A DNA stretch of 27,934 bases from a virus (IMGVR_UViG_3300032308_002491:1-27934), one strand, 5' to 3'. Shown: positions 10,436 to 18,579, numbered from the stretch's first letter. Numbers and translations: made by a program. Notes: a model not told the origin generated them from the sequence alone.

Positions 10436-11943
10436 TGGCAAATTTTATTTCTGACGCAGAAATGGACAAGTTGTTGGCAAGCAACAACACAGCACAACCT
10501 GCTCAACCTAACAAATTTATTTCTGATGATGAAATGCAGAAATTGGAACAACAAACAGCACAACCCAAAAGTAACAATGATAGTTTTGCAAAAAAATTAG
10601 AAGCCGCTGGAATTGGTGCCGCGCGCGGTGCAACTTTTAATTTCTTAGATGAGATTGAGGGAGTTTTAGGCGGAGTTAATCGCGCAGGACAACAAGCTTT
10701 TGGCATGTTACCTAAACCCGAGGGTGAGGGTTTTGAGGGTGTTAAGAAAGCATTTCAAACGGGTTATAAAGTTGATCGGGATGCTTCACGTGCATATCAA
10801 AAGCAATTACAAGAATCCAACCCTGGGTCGTCAATGGTCGGCGAGATTGCATCCGGTTTACCCGCTATTGGCGCGAAAAGTTTGGTGACAATTCCCTCTA
10901 TGATTGCCCAAGGTGCACTATCAGGTCTTGGTGCTGCAGAAGGTGATGCAATCGCGCAAGCAAAAGGTGCTGCAACAGGCGGTGCAATTTCAGGAGCGTT
11001 TGGATTAGCAGGAAAAGGCATTGGTAAAATTGGAGAATCTCTTGATAAAATCAAAACTGACAACGCATTAAAAAGTGTTGGGTTTGATAAAGGATTACTC
11101 AATAAAATTTCAAAAAACATGCCGCTTGAAATGCGAGAAAAGCAAGAGAAAGACTTGGCAGAGTATATTTTAAAAAACAAATATGCAGATTTTTTTTCAA
11201 CAACACCTGGCCGTCAAAAAATGTTGGATGCTTCACGAAAAACGACAGGCCAACAAATTGGAGCGTTAAGAGAAAGCGTGACAGAACCATTTAGTGCTCC
11301 TGAAATTCTCGCTAACGTAAAAAAATCATTTAACCCAAACGAATTAAAAAACATTCCTGAAAATTCCGCGGTCACTCGTGCGCTTTCAGACTTAGAGAGT
11401 AATCTGCTTGGCAAATCTGATAAACTTAAAAATGTGAGTGGGTCGGATTTAGCACGTTCCATTTCATTCTTGAATTCGAACATTAAAAAAGCACGTGCGG
11501 GAATGGACGAAGTTGACGCAGCAGCTCTAGGGAAAATAAAGAAAACTTTAAACGAAATCTTAGAATCAAAAATTCAAGATCCAAACTACAAAGGGCTTGT
11601 CAAAGACTATGCAATGCAAAGTCAGGTTGGAAAAGCCTTGCAAAACCTGAACAACAAGAGCCTTAATTCCGCGATTGGATTAGGCGGTATAATAGGTGCG
11701 ACCGGCGCAGGCGCTTATTCAGCCAACCAGCAACAGGTAAGCCCAGGGGCATTTGCAGCAGCATCATTGCTAACACCATTGGGTAGGAGAAAGTTAGGAG
11801 AGGTTATTGCCAAAGGAATTAATACTGGTAATAATATAAGTAATAGAGTGCCAATGTCTGTGAAGCAATTTGCATCAAAAAGTGGCATAAATCCCGAAGT
11901 TCTATTGTACCTTGCCTCAAAACCAAGCATATCGCAAAATTGA
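10435..11943 (+). CDS. Putative large DNA ejection / internal virion protein
   Basis: 502 aa with GAARGATFNFLDEIEG motif, Gly/Ala-rich membrane-like segments and a duplicated N-terminal motif FISDxEMxKL. Confidence 0.6.
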   Translation: MANFISDAEMDKLLASNNTAQPAQPNKFISDDEMQKLEQQTAQPKSNNDSFAKKLEAAGIGAARGATFNFLDEIEGVLGGVNRAGQQAFGMLPKPEGEGFEGVKKAFQTGYKVDRDASRAYQKQLQESNPGSSMVGEIASGLPAIGAKSLVTIPSMIAQGALSGLGAAEGDAIAQAKGAATGGAISGAFGLAGKGIGKIGESLDKIKTDNALKSVGFDKGLLNKISKNMPLEMREKQEKDLAEYILKNKYADFFSTTPGRQKMLDASRKTTGQQIGALRESVTEPFSAPEILANVKKSFNPNELKNIPENSAVTRALSDLESNLLGKSDKLKNVSGSDLARSISFLNSNIKKARAGMDEVDAAALGKIKKTLNEILESKIQDPNYKGLVKDYAMQSQVGKALQNLNNKSLNSAIGLGGIIGATGAGAYSANQQQVSPGAFAAASLLTPLGRRKLGEVIAKGINTGNNISNRVPMSVKQFASKSGINPEVLLYLASKPSISQN

Positions 11944-11947
11944 CTAT

Positions 11948-12029
11948 TTTTAAGCTCATAGAGAAAAAAATATATCTGATCCTAACGATGATATCTATTT
12001 TAAAAAAAATATTTTCTATGAGCTTAAAA
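11948..12029. repeat. 15-bp perfect inverted repeat TTTTAAGCTCATAGA / TCTATGAGCTTAAAA with 52-bp spacer
   Basis: Arms at 11948-11962 and 12015-12029, directly after the last structural gene. Confidence 0.8.
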
Positions 12030-12474
12030 GCGTCGAAATTTTTTATTTTAAAACCTAATTCAAAATCAAAATTACCATTTCAAAATTTTAAGCTTCTTTT
12101 TAGAAATTTTTGTCGAAGTCTGTCAGCTTAAACCCGTTACAAAAATTTATAATAATAAAATTATTAAAATAAAAATTATTTATTATATTTATTTGTTTAA
12201 ATATAAAATTGAAACAAAGGAGCTTCTCCCGTGGAAACACAAAGTAAAAAAGCTGTGGTATAAAAAGGGGTGCCTATTTTTATTTTTTGCAACATGATTT
12301 TTATTTTTTTGCTTCTTTTTTGTGCATTTTTTTTGATTAAAAAGAATAAAAAATGATTAAAAATATATATATATAAAACTATAAGATACTGGAGCGAATT
12401 TTTACTTTTCAAATAACTATATGAAATTATTGATTTATTTTTCAGAAACCGGTTTTTTAAAAATGGTGCCAAAA

Positions 12475-12612
12475 GTGTATAGAAAAGTCGGTTCAGGGTG
12501 TATAGAAAAGTCGGTTCAGGGTGTATAGAAAAGTCGGTTCAGGGTGTATAGAAAAGTCGGTAGTGGGTGTATAGAAAAGTCGGTTCAGGGTGTATAGAAA
12601 AGTCGGTAGTGG
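12475..12612 (+). repeat. Iteron array: 6 x 23 bp, GTGTATAGAAAAGTCGGT(TCAGG/AGTGG)
   Basis: Units start at 12475, 12498, 12521, 12544, 12567 and 12590. The 18-bp core is invariant. Units 4 and 6 end in AGTGG, the others in TCAGG. Confidence 0.95.
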
Positions 12613-12621
12613 GTTTTTAAT

Positions 12622-12647
12622 ATGCAAAAAAATGATGCAAAAAAATG
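12622..12647 (+). repeat. Two tandem 13-mers ATGCAAAAAAATG (candidate DNA-unwinding element)
   Basis: 12622-12634 and 12635-12647 are identical and lie 9 bp after the last iteron. Confidence 0.65.
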
Positions 12648-12684
12648 ATTAAAAATTGTGCAGGAATTTTATGATAGAAAAAAT

Positions 12685-12713
12685 TTGGCAAAAAAAAAGC
12701 CTCTGTGTATATT
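12685..12713 (+). promoter_or_regulatory. Putative sigma70-type promoter of the rep gene
   Basis: TTGGCA (12685-12690), 17 bp spacer, TATATT (12708-12713); GGAGG SD at 12739-12743. Confidence 0.55.
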
Positions 12714-12750
12714 TAGTTTCTTAGACAAACATGAACACGGAGGTTAATTT

Positions 12751-13887
12751 ATGCTAATTACAAAAAGTAAAACAGTCAAGAGAATCGGAATTAAAAACGA
12801 AAATACTCAACAACATCCACATTTTAACGAAGCAATGGGTATTTGTGGGGCTTTGTTTTTTGACAGCTTTCAAGATTTTAAAGGCAATTTTAATTATTTT
12901 AGTTACAATGCCTTTAAACACGTCGTCAATCTTTGTCTTAATGAGTTCGGAATTTTAGGGTTTCGATTTTTAGAAGAAAAAATACGCACAACACATGAAA
13001 CAATTAGCGACTTGCAAACAAAACCTTACAGGCTCTATGAGTATTTAAACAGCAATACGGAAGAGTTTAAAGAATATCTCAATAAACATTTTGATAAAAT
13101 CAAAGAAAAAATTAATCTTCTTCCGACAAAAGAATTTATCCCTGTTACAGAACCTTTAAGTCGTGCAATTCCTAACGTTTTTTTACGTTCTGCCTTATTT
13201 GGAATTCAAAAAAAGGGGGTTCACCTCACTGTCAAAAATAAAGAGATACTGTCAATGTCACAGTATCAAGTTTTGTTTTCAGGAGAAGAATTAAACCAAA
13301 TGGATCTCATCGTTTGGGATGCATTGGTCTATTTATTTAAACAAAAGTCTAACGGAAGTAATCGTGTCCGCGTGACAATTTTTGAAGTGTGTAAATTTTT
13401 AGGTTATACAGATAGTACCGAAACCCGTGACCAAGTTAAAAATAGAATTTTTAAACTTGTTATCGCGGTTGTACAAGTCAAAGGCAAGCAACACGCAATG
13501 TATATGAGCCATCTTATTCAATCGTTTGCTATGATTGAAAATGAACTCAATGCTTATCATTTAGAATTTGATAATCATTTGCTTTGCGTGTTTAGAGATA
13601 CAGATGACTATACATTTATCAATCTAAATATTAGGAAGCACCTTGGCCAAAATCAATTGGCTTTATGGATTTTTCATTTTTTCGCTTCGCACAAAGAACC
13701 TATCCCTTTTTCGCTTGAATATTTACACGACTTATCAAGAAGCGGTTTAATGCAAAAAGAATTTAACAGGTCTTTACGTTTTGCTCTTGAATTGATTAAG
13801 AATGCTTACGAAAAAGAAAATAGCAAGTTTGAATACGCGATTAAAAATTCAAAATTGTTTGTTAGAAAAGATGGCGGATTAATTTAA
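12751..13887 (+). CDS. trfA: Plasmid replication initiator, TrfA family
   Basis: TrfA-family motifs RAIPNVFLRSALF, FSGEELNQMDLIVW and RKHLGQNQLALWIFHFFASHKEPIPFSLEYLHDLS; strong SD; adjacent iteron array. Confidence 0.88.
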   Translation: MLITKSKTVKRIGIKNENTQQHPHFNEAMGICGALFFDSFQDFKGNFNYFSYNAFKHVVNLCLNEFGILGFRFLEEKIRTTHETISDLQTKPYRLYEYLNSNTEEFKEYLNKHFDKIKEKINLLPTKEFIPVTEPLSRAIPNVFLRSALFGIQKKGVHLTVKNKEILSMSQYQVLFSGEELNQMDLIVWDALVYLFKQKSNGSNRVRVTIFEVCKFLGYTDSTETRDQVKNRIFKLVIAVVQVKGKQHAMYMSHLIQSFAMIENELNAYHLEFDNHLLCVFRDTDDYTFINLNIRKHLGQNQLALWIFHFFASHKEPIPFSLEYLHDLSRSGLMQKEFNRSLRFALELIKNAYEKENSKFEYAIKNSKLFVRKDGGLI

Positions 13888-14472
13888 ACTTCTGCACGTT
13901 TCCGTAGGCTTTAATTTCTGAATAAAGTCTAGCATCAATCCATATGAGTACAACACATCGTCTTGGGCACGATGTTTAGGGTTTGGTTGTTCGCTGTCAT
14001 CAGGATAAAGTGAAGTATAAATTGTGCGGAATGTAGTCATATCTAAAATTCGGTAGCTTAAACGTTTTGCAAAAGTTGGCATATGGTGTTTGATAAATGC
14101 CAAATCAAAATGCACAGAGTTACCCGCTAATTGTATACCCATCGAATGGTTACCGAATAAAAAATTAACACGTTTTATCAATTCTGTTTCAAGTTCTTTT
14201 AATTCCCATTTATCAATATTGGGATTGATAATATCGGCTATCAAACCATTTTGCTGGTGCATTTCAAACGCTTTTTGATTGCAATTGTGCTGCAACTTAT
14301 CAACGGGAAAATTCACGATTGCCGTAAACATTTTGTCTTGATAACAGGAAAATTTTTGCCCGTAAAATTGGGCAGGCAAAATTGAGAGTTCTAAAATGTG
14401 ATTCTGTGTTGGCTCAAGACCTGTAGTTTCTAAATCTAAAAACAAACAATTAATCAACGGAGTTGTCGTCAT
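13879..14472 (-). CDS. orn: Oligoribonuclease (DEDDh 3'-5' exonuclease, Orn family)
   Basis: FLDLETTGL, MHQQNGLI, LAGNSVHFDLAFI, LSYRILD and KHRAQDD match Orn motifs. ATG at 14472 is preferred over the upstream start at 14499. Confidence 0.85.
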   Translation of the reverse strand: MTTTPLINCLFLDLETTGLEPTQNHILELSILPAQFYGQKFSCYQDKMFTAIVNFPVDKLQHNCNQKAFEMHQQNGLIADIINPNIDKWELKELETELIKRVNFLFGNHSMGIQLAGNSVHFDLAFIKHHMPTFAKRLSYRILDMTTFRTIYTSLYPDDSEQPNPKHRAQDDVLYSYGLMLDFIQKLKPTETCRSLN

Positions 14473-14932
14473 CAATAAAGCCTTTCTCGAGATAAGCAAG
14501 TAACATTAAGATAGCATCAGCCTCATCATCAGAAACTTGGGGGTACGCTGGCCGGACACATTGCAGCGCTAAAAAACCTTTTGTTGATTTTCCGCCGCCG
14601 TATTTTCTAACAATTCTTTTCCAAACTGCGGGCGATACAAGGTTTAAGTCGCTTTGAATACACGGCAGAGAACAAAGAGCACCTACAGAATAACTCAATT
14701 TTGAATTTCTAAATCCACTTACATTTTCAACGACAAGATGATTAATAATTTCATTTTCGGGTAAGTAATGATTTAAAAACAATTCTAATTGTTGCCGCTG
14801 TTGTGTGATTCTTTGCGTCCAATTTCCATATCCCGTTAACAATGCAGACCGTAAAATTTCGTTGTAATACAATGCCACACCTGCTTTATTTGATGCGGGG
14901 TCAATCGCTAAAATAGTGGGAATTTTCTTCAA
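14450..14932 (-). CDS. RuvC-like Holliday junction resolvase
   Basis: ILAIDPASNKAGVA, LVVEN, PAVWK and SDDEADAILM supply the RuvC acidic residues. Confidence 0.8.
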   Translation of the reverse strand: MKKIPTILAIDPASNKAGVALYYNEILRSALLTGYGNWTQRITQQRQQLELFLNHYLPENEIINHLVVENVSGFRNSKLSYSVGALCSLPCIQSDLNLVSPAVWKRIVRKYGGGKSTKGFLALQCVRPAYPQVSDDEADAILMLLAYLEKGFIDDDNSVD

Positions 14933-15720
14933 ATTGTCTCCCCTAATTCAAATAAATAATTTGTTCCTAAAATGTGCTGTTTGTATTTATTAATCGCTTT
15001 ATAGAGTAATTGCAAACCCTCGTAGAGGGTATTTTGCGAGATATGATACATCTTCACATCATAGGGCGGCTCGGTTTCAAAGAATATAATTTTATACTCG
15101 TAATCTTCTAATTTTTTATTTTCATTTTTTGCTTTAAGCATACCATAAAGTGCAAGTTGCATATGATAATACTCATCAAATATGATGTGCTTTGCGATAT
15201 GTAATTTTGACGCGTTTTTATAAGTTGTTTTAAAATCAATTATGTATTTGTGATTTTCTGCATCGACTTTTCCTTTAAATGCCAAATCTTGAATTTTTGC
15301 AAAATATGGAGTCTCAAAATTTGTGACGTGATGCATGACGCCTTGAATTTCAGCATTCTGTAAATAATTTTGTTCAAGGTTAGTCAAAATAGGGAGAGAA
15401 TCGATAGGAATAATAAAGTTATCCGGCGGCAGAGTTTTTTTATAGTTTTCAATTATCTGTTTCCCCTCTGTGGTTGCGTGTGGGTTGCGTGCCGCGCGCC
15501 CGTCTTTTGTTTTTATCTGTGACAAGTCGGGCAGAAAACTCACGCGCTCTTTTTGGTTTTGTAGCCAACAATGAATCGCATTGCCCAAATTTGATGCAGC
15601 AGAACCCGCAAATGGTGTTTGCTGTTGCTGTAAAAATTTTCGGGGCGAATTTAAAATATGTTTGAGTTTTGAAAAGCTAAGCCGGTCAATTTGATAATAA
15701 TCAGAATCTGGCATGTTCAC
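14929..15720 (-). CDS. PD-(D/E)XK exonuclease, RecE/exonuclease VIII-like (DUF3799-type)
   Basis: YYQIDRLSFSKLK, LGNAIHCW, FKGKVD, IIDFKTT and YHMQLALY motifs. Confidence 0.85.
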   Translation of the reverse strand: MNMPDSDYYQIDRLSFSKLKHILNSPRKFLQQQQTPFAGSAASNLGNAIHCWLQNQKERVSFLPDLSQIKTKDGRAARNPHATTEGKQIIENYKKTLPPDNFIIPIDSLPILTNLEQNYLQNAEIQGVMHHVTNFETPYFAKIQDLAFKGKVDAENHKYIIDFKTTYKNASKLHIAKHIIFDEYYHMQLALYGMLKAKNENKKLEDYEYKIIFFETEPPYDVKMYHISQNTLYEGLQLLYKAINKYKQHILGTNYLFELGETI

Positions 15721-16070
15721 TCCACGAAAAAGTCGTGCATCGCTCTGTTTGATTTTGGGCTTGTTTTGGTGCCGAGATAATGAATTGTTATTGGGTCGCC
15801 TTTTTCTTTGCCGACTTTTTCAGTTTCGCCGTATTTGTATTTTTTGTAGTACATGAAAAACTTGAGTCCCATATACAACGGAACGCCAACATCGCCTTTA
15901 TCAGTTTTGATAAAAATAATTTTGCCGTCTTGATTTTCAAAAATGTTTGAAATTGTGCCTTTCACGCACTCGTTCACTTTAAACAATTCGCCATTGACTG
16001 TTTTATTAGTCAGCGAGGGCGCTTTTTTAAAAATGGTTTTGCTTTCGGTTTTGACAAATTCTGTTTGCAT
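15717..16070 (-). CDS. Hypothetical protein, possibly an OB-fold ssDNA-binding protein
   Basis: 117 aa, basic and beta-rich (GDPITIHYLGTK...HDFFVE), between the exonuclease and the polymerase; AGAGG SD. Function is inferred. Confidence 0.4.
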   Translation of the reverse strand: MQTEFVKTESKTIFKKAPSLTNKTVNGELFKVNECVKGTISNIFENQDGKIIFIKTDKGDVGVPLYMGLKFFMYYKKYKYGETEKVGKEKGDPITIHYLGTKTSPKSNRAMHDFFVE

Positions 16071-16082
16071 ACAGTGACCTCT

Positions 16083-18017
16083 TTATAAAAGATGCTGTGA
16101 AATTTTAAGCCAGTCTGCTTGTCCCTTTTTTTCAACCCATATTTCTGATTCCGTTATGATTTTATCATCAATTCTAATTTCAATACAGTTTTTACCCAAG
16201 ATTTTTTCAGTTGCTATCCGCATAACTTCTTTTAATTTTGGGATATCTTTTATTGGATCTGTTGAAATAATATAAATGGCATCATGAAGTGATGACACAA
16301 CGTTAAGTTGTGCTTGATACGCCTCAATAACTGCCTGACGCGTGATGCTCGCACTGTGTGCTTGCACAAGAAAGTTGCGGACACTTGTCATAATGGGGTT
16401 GTCAGGCCATAGTACCCAACCATCACTTGTAATCAGCGGCATCCGTTGCTTGTAGCGAGTGCTGACGTCATAAACCCAATGCCAATATTGCGCATAGACT
16501 GTTTTATGCGCAGTGATGAGTTTTAAGGTCTCTTCTTGAGTGACTTCTCGCTTGCAATCATAAGACAATTTGATGCGCAACTTTTCCGCACCCATTCCGT
16601 ATTGCAATCCTAATTTTGTTGACTTGAACAAGTCACGCTCGCGCTCGTGGGTTTTCTTTGTTGCATCCCACGGCACAGCGCCCGCTTGTTTTGCAAACTC
16701 TAGGTAAACGTCGCCTGAATTGTAGGCATTGATTAAGTTTGGGTCTTGAGAGAGCCAGGCAGCAACCGCGATTTCTTGTTGACTAAAGTCTGCGGCAACT
16801 ATGACAGTCCCAGGTTTTGGTTGAATAATGGCACGCAACCAGGAACTCATCGCTAATGGGTATGTTTTTGCTTTTGCGGCATTACGTCCCGTTTGAGTTC
16901 CGTAAATTCCATAAAAGGGTCTGACAACGTCATTTTTAAAATCATAGGCAGAAAAAAACCCATCAGAGTTCTTATCTTTAAACCATTTTAAAGATGATTC
17001 CGTTTTGTTGCATTTGTAAATCTCTTCAATAACTGGAATAGAGCGGTAATTTTCGATTGTTTCTTTATCTGTTTTATAAAAACCAGTTTCTGTTTTTGGC
17101 CACGACGGAATATTAAAACTTTCAATTAATTTTTGAATGGCTTTATTGTCTCTTTTTTCAGGTTTTCCTTTGATAATTTTAATGGCACCATTTTTAAAAT
17201 GTTTTTCTGTCGCAGGGGTTTCTTGCAAATAAATAGCAAACGGCGATAAACTGTTTACGGCATCGCGTGCGTCTTTAATAATTTCAGGAGTCTTTGCAAT
17301 AATTTTATCAAGTAATTGTTTGTTAATTGGTAATCCTGTTTGCTCACAGATTCCAATGCACGCAGAATACAACCCACGATTTAATATAGAATCATAAAAG
17401 TTTCTCAATCCCATCCTGTGATACTCTGCTTCTATTTTGTTGCGCACAGAATAAAGAAACGACACATCACTTAAGCAATAATTCATAATCTCGTGTTTAT
17501 GGTTTGTGATATTGTCTTTATCTCCTGAAATTATAATTTCTCGCATTGTGTTTTTTTGCGAAGAACTTAAAACGTGTTGCGTTGTCTTAAAGACTGCATT
17601 AATTAAGTTGGAGGGTACTTTGCTATGCTCAAAGAGTTCTTCGTGGTCTTCTTCGCTATTTATTTGATTTATCTGTTGACTAAACTTTGGGGGTTCTGAA
17701 AATTTTTTAAGCCCTGTGTGATCAATGTAAGAACCATACAAATAACGGTAATTTGAGTTTTGCAGCATTTTAAACTCGGCGTACAAATCAACCCACTCAA
17801 AATCAAGCGGGTTGCAAGCGAGCGCAAGTAAACAGCGAGACTCTGCAACGCCGTAATAGACGATTAGTTTTTTTATTTTTTGTAAATCATTTATCAATTC
17901 TTTTGTATCAGAGTTATCCAATAGCCAGTAGGTTTTATTTGCAAGAGCAGCACAGACTAAAGTCGGGTGTTCATTGTTAGCACCGAAGAATTCGAAGTCG
18001 AGGACTGCTTCATTCAT
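16083..18017 (-). CDS. Phage DNA polymerase, family A (3'-5' exonuclease plus polymerase, no 5'-3' exonuclease)
   Basis: ExoI LDFEF, ExoIII YCLSDV, TQTGR, motif A ADFSQQE, motif B RDLFKSTKLGLQYG and motif C LHDAI. Start at 18017 (preceded by GGGGA) or 18029. Confidence 0.93.
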   Translation of the reverse strand: MNEAVLDFEFFGANNEHPTLVCAALANKTYWLLDNSDTKELINDLQKIKKLIVYYGVAESRCLLALACNPLDFEWVDLYAEFKMLQNSNYRYLYGSYIDHTGLKKFSEPPKFSQQINQINSEEDHEELFEHSKVPSNLINAVFKTTQHVLSSSQKNTMREIIISGDKDNITNHKHEIMNYCLSDVSFLYSVRNKIEAEYHRMGLRNFYDSILNRGLYSACIGICEQTGLPINKQLLDKIIAKTPEIIKDARDAVNSLSPFAIYLQETPATEKHFKNGAIKIIKGKPEKRDNKAIQKLIESFNIPSWPKTETGFYKTDKETIENYRSIPVIEEIYKCNKTESSLKWFKDKNSDGFFSAYDFKNDVVRPFYGIYGTQTGRNAAKAKTYPLAMSSWLRAIIQPKPGTVIVAADFSQQEIAVAAWLSQDPNLINAYNSGDVYLEFAKQAGAVPWDATKKTHERERDLFKSTKLGLQYGMGAEKLRIKLSYDCKREVTQEETLKLITAHKTVYAQYWHWVYDVSTRYKQRMPLITSDGWVLWPDNPIMTSVRNFLVQAHSASITRQAVIEAYQAQLNVVSSLHDAIYIISTDPIKDIPKLKEVMRIATEKILGKNCIEIRIDDKIITESEIWVEKKGQADWLKISQHLL

Positions 18018-18579
18018 GCAATTCCCCATTAATTGATTTTATGATATCTTCAGCACCATATTTCGCATTGATATTCATTAAAATAGAAAGATTGCACGCA
18101 GCATGTGCTAAATGTGGTTGTTTACTTTCTAAATCAAAAAACTCACCAAGCCTGACTTTTTCAATGTGTCTCATCAGCGCATCGTAAATATCTCCTGCAT
18201 GTTTTGCTGTGATATTTCTATGAGAATCGAGACCATGCTTTGCGATACCTTGTCTAAAAATCATCGCCATATCATGCAACAAATGAGGACTTATTGCGCG
18301 GTAGTGTCCTTTTAAAATCAAGTCATCTTTTGTACTAATTCCATCAGAAAAATTTCTCTTAAACGGGCAGAGTTTAATTCCTGAAACACTGGTGAGATTT
18401 TCATTTGTTTCTAATTCGTGAATAGTGGAGCCGTATTTTTTTCTAAAGACGTAAGGGTAATGCCCTGGGCGTATTTGTTGCAATCTAAAAATATCATCAA
18501 TTAAAAATTCAGAATTTGTGGTTTCAATAATTTTAAATTTATCACCAACTCTATATAAATTGTCTGTCATAAAATTCAA
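18010..18579 (-). CDS. dATP/dGTP diphosphohydrolase-like domain protein (DUF5664-type) with N-terminal extension
   Basis: C-terminal half KDD...GIAKHG...YDALMRH...GEFFDLESKQPHLAHAACN matches this family. Confidence 0.75.
   Translation of the reverse strand: MNFMTDNLYRVGDKFKIIETTNSEFLIDDIFRLQQIRPGHYPYVFRKKYGSTIHELETNENLTSVSGIKLCPFKRNFSDGISTKDDLILKGHYRAISPHLLHDMAMIFRQGIAKHGLDSHRNITAKHAGDIYDALMRHIEKVRLGEFFDLESKQPHLAHAACNLSILMNINAKYGAEDIIKSINGELHE

Larger units (their letters stand above)
12131..12660. other. Putative plasmid-type replication origin (AT-rich tract, iterons and 13-mers)
   Basis: Very AT-rich non-coding tract, six iterons and tandem ATGCAAAAAAATG 13-mers directly upstream of a TrfA-like gene. 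Confidence 0.85.

Noticed and set aside
290-11930. Short antisense and alternate-frame ORFs within the structural genes (and similar ones at 14090, 15474, 19618, 20555, 21107, 21235, 21988-23115, 25102)
   Set aside because: They are nested in longer motif-bearing genes and show no recognisable motifs.
11948-12029. Protelomerase target (telRL-like) of a linear phage-plasmid
   Set aside because: The arms are separated by 52 bp rather than forming a continuous palindrome, and no protelomerase gene is in the window.
11940-12472. ORFs 11940-12131 (+) and 12197-12472 (-) as genes
   Set aside because: Low-complexity Lys/Phe/Ile translations of AT-rich origin DNA with no convincing SD.
12475-12612. 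CRISPR array
   Set aside because: Repeats are head to tail with only 5-bp variable parts of two types, there are no unique spacers and no cas genes; the adjacent TrfA-like gene explains them as iterons.
12230-12712. DnaA boxes near the iterons
   Set aside because: Only imperfect matches were found (best TGTGTATAT at 12704-12712, 8/9), which is not distinguishable from chance by eye.
16083-18579. 2-aminoadenine (Z) genome pathway
   Set aside because: No purZ or HD-domain dATPase in the window; the diphosphohydrolase-like domain alone is insufficient evidence.
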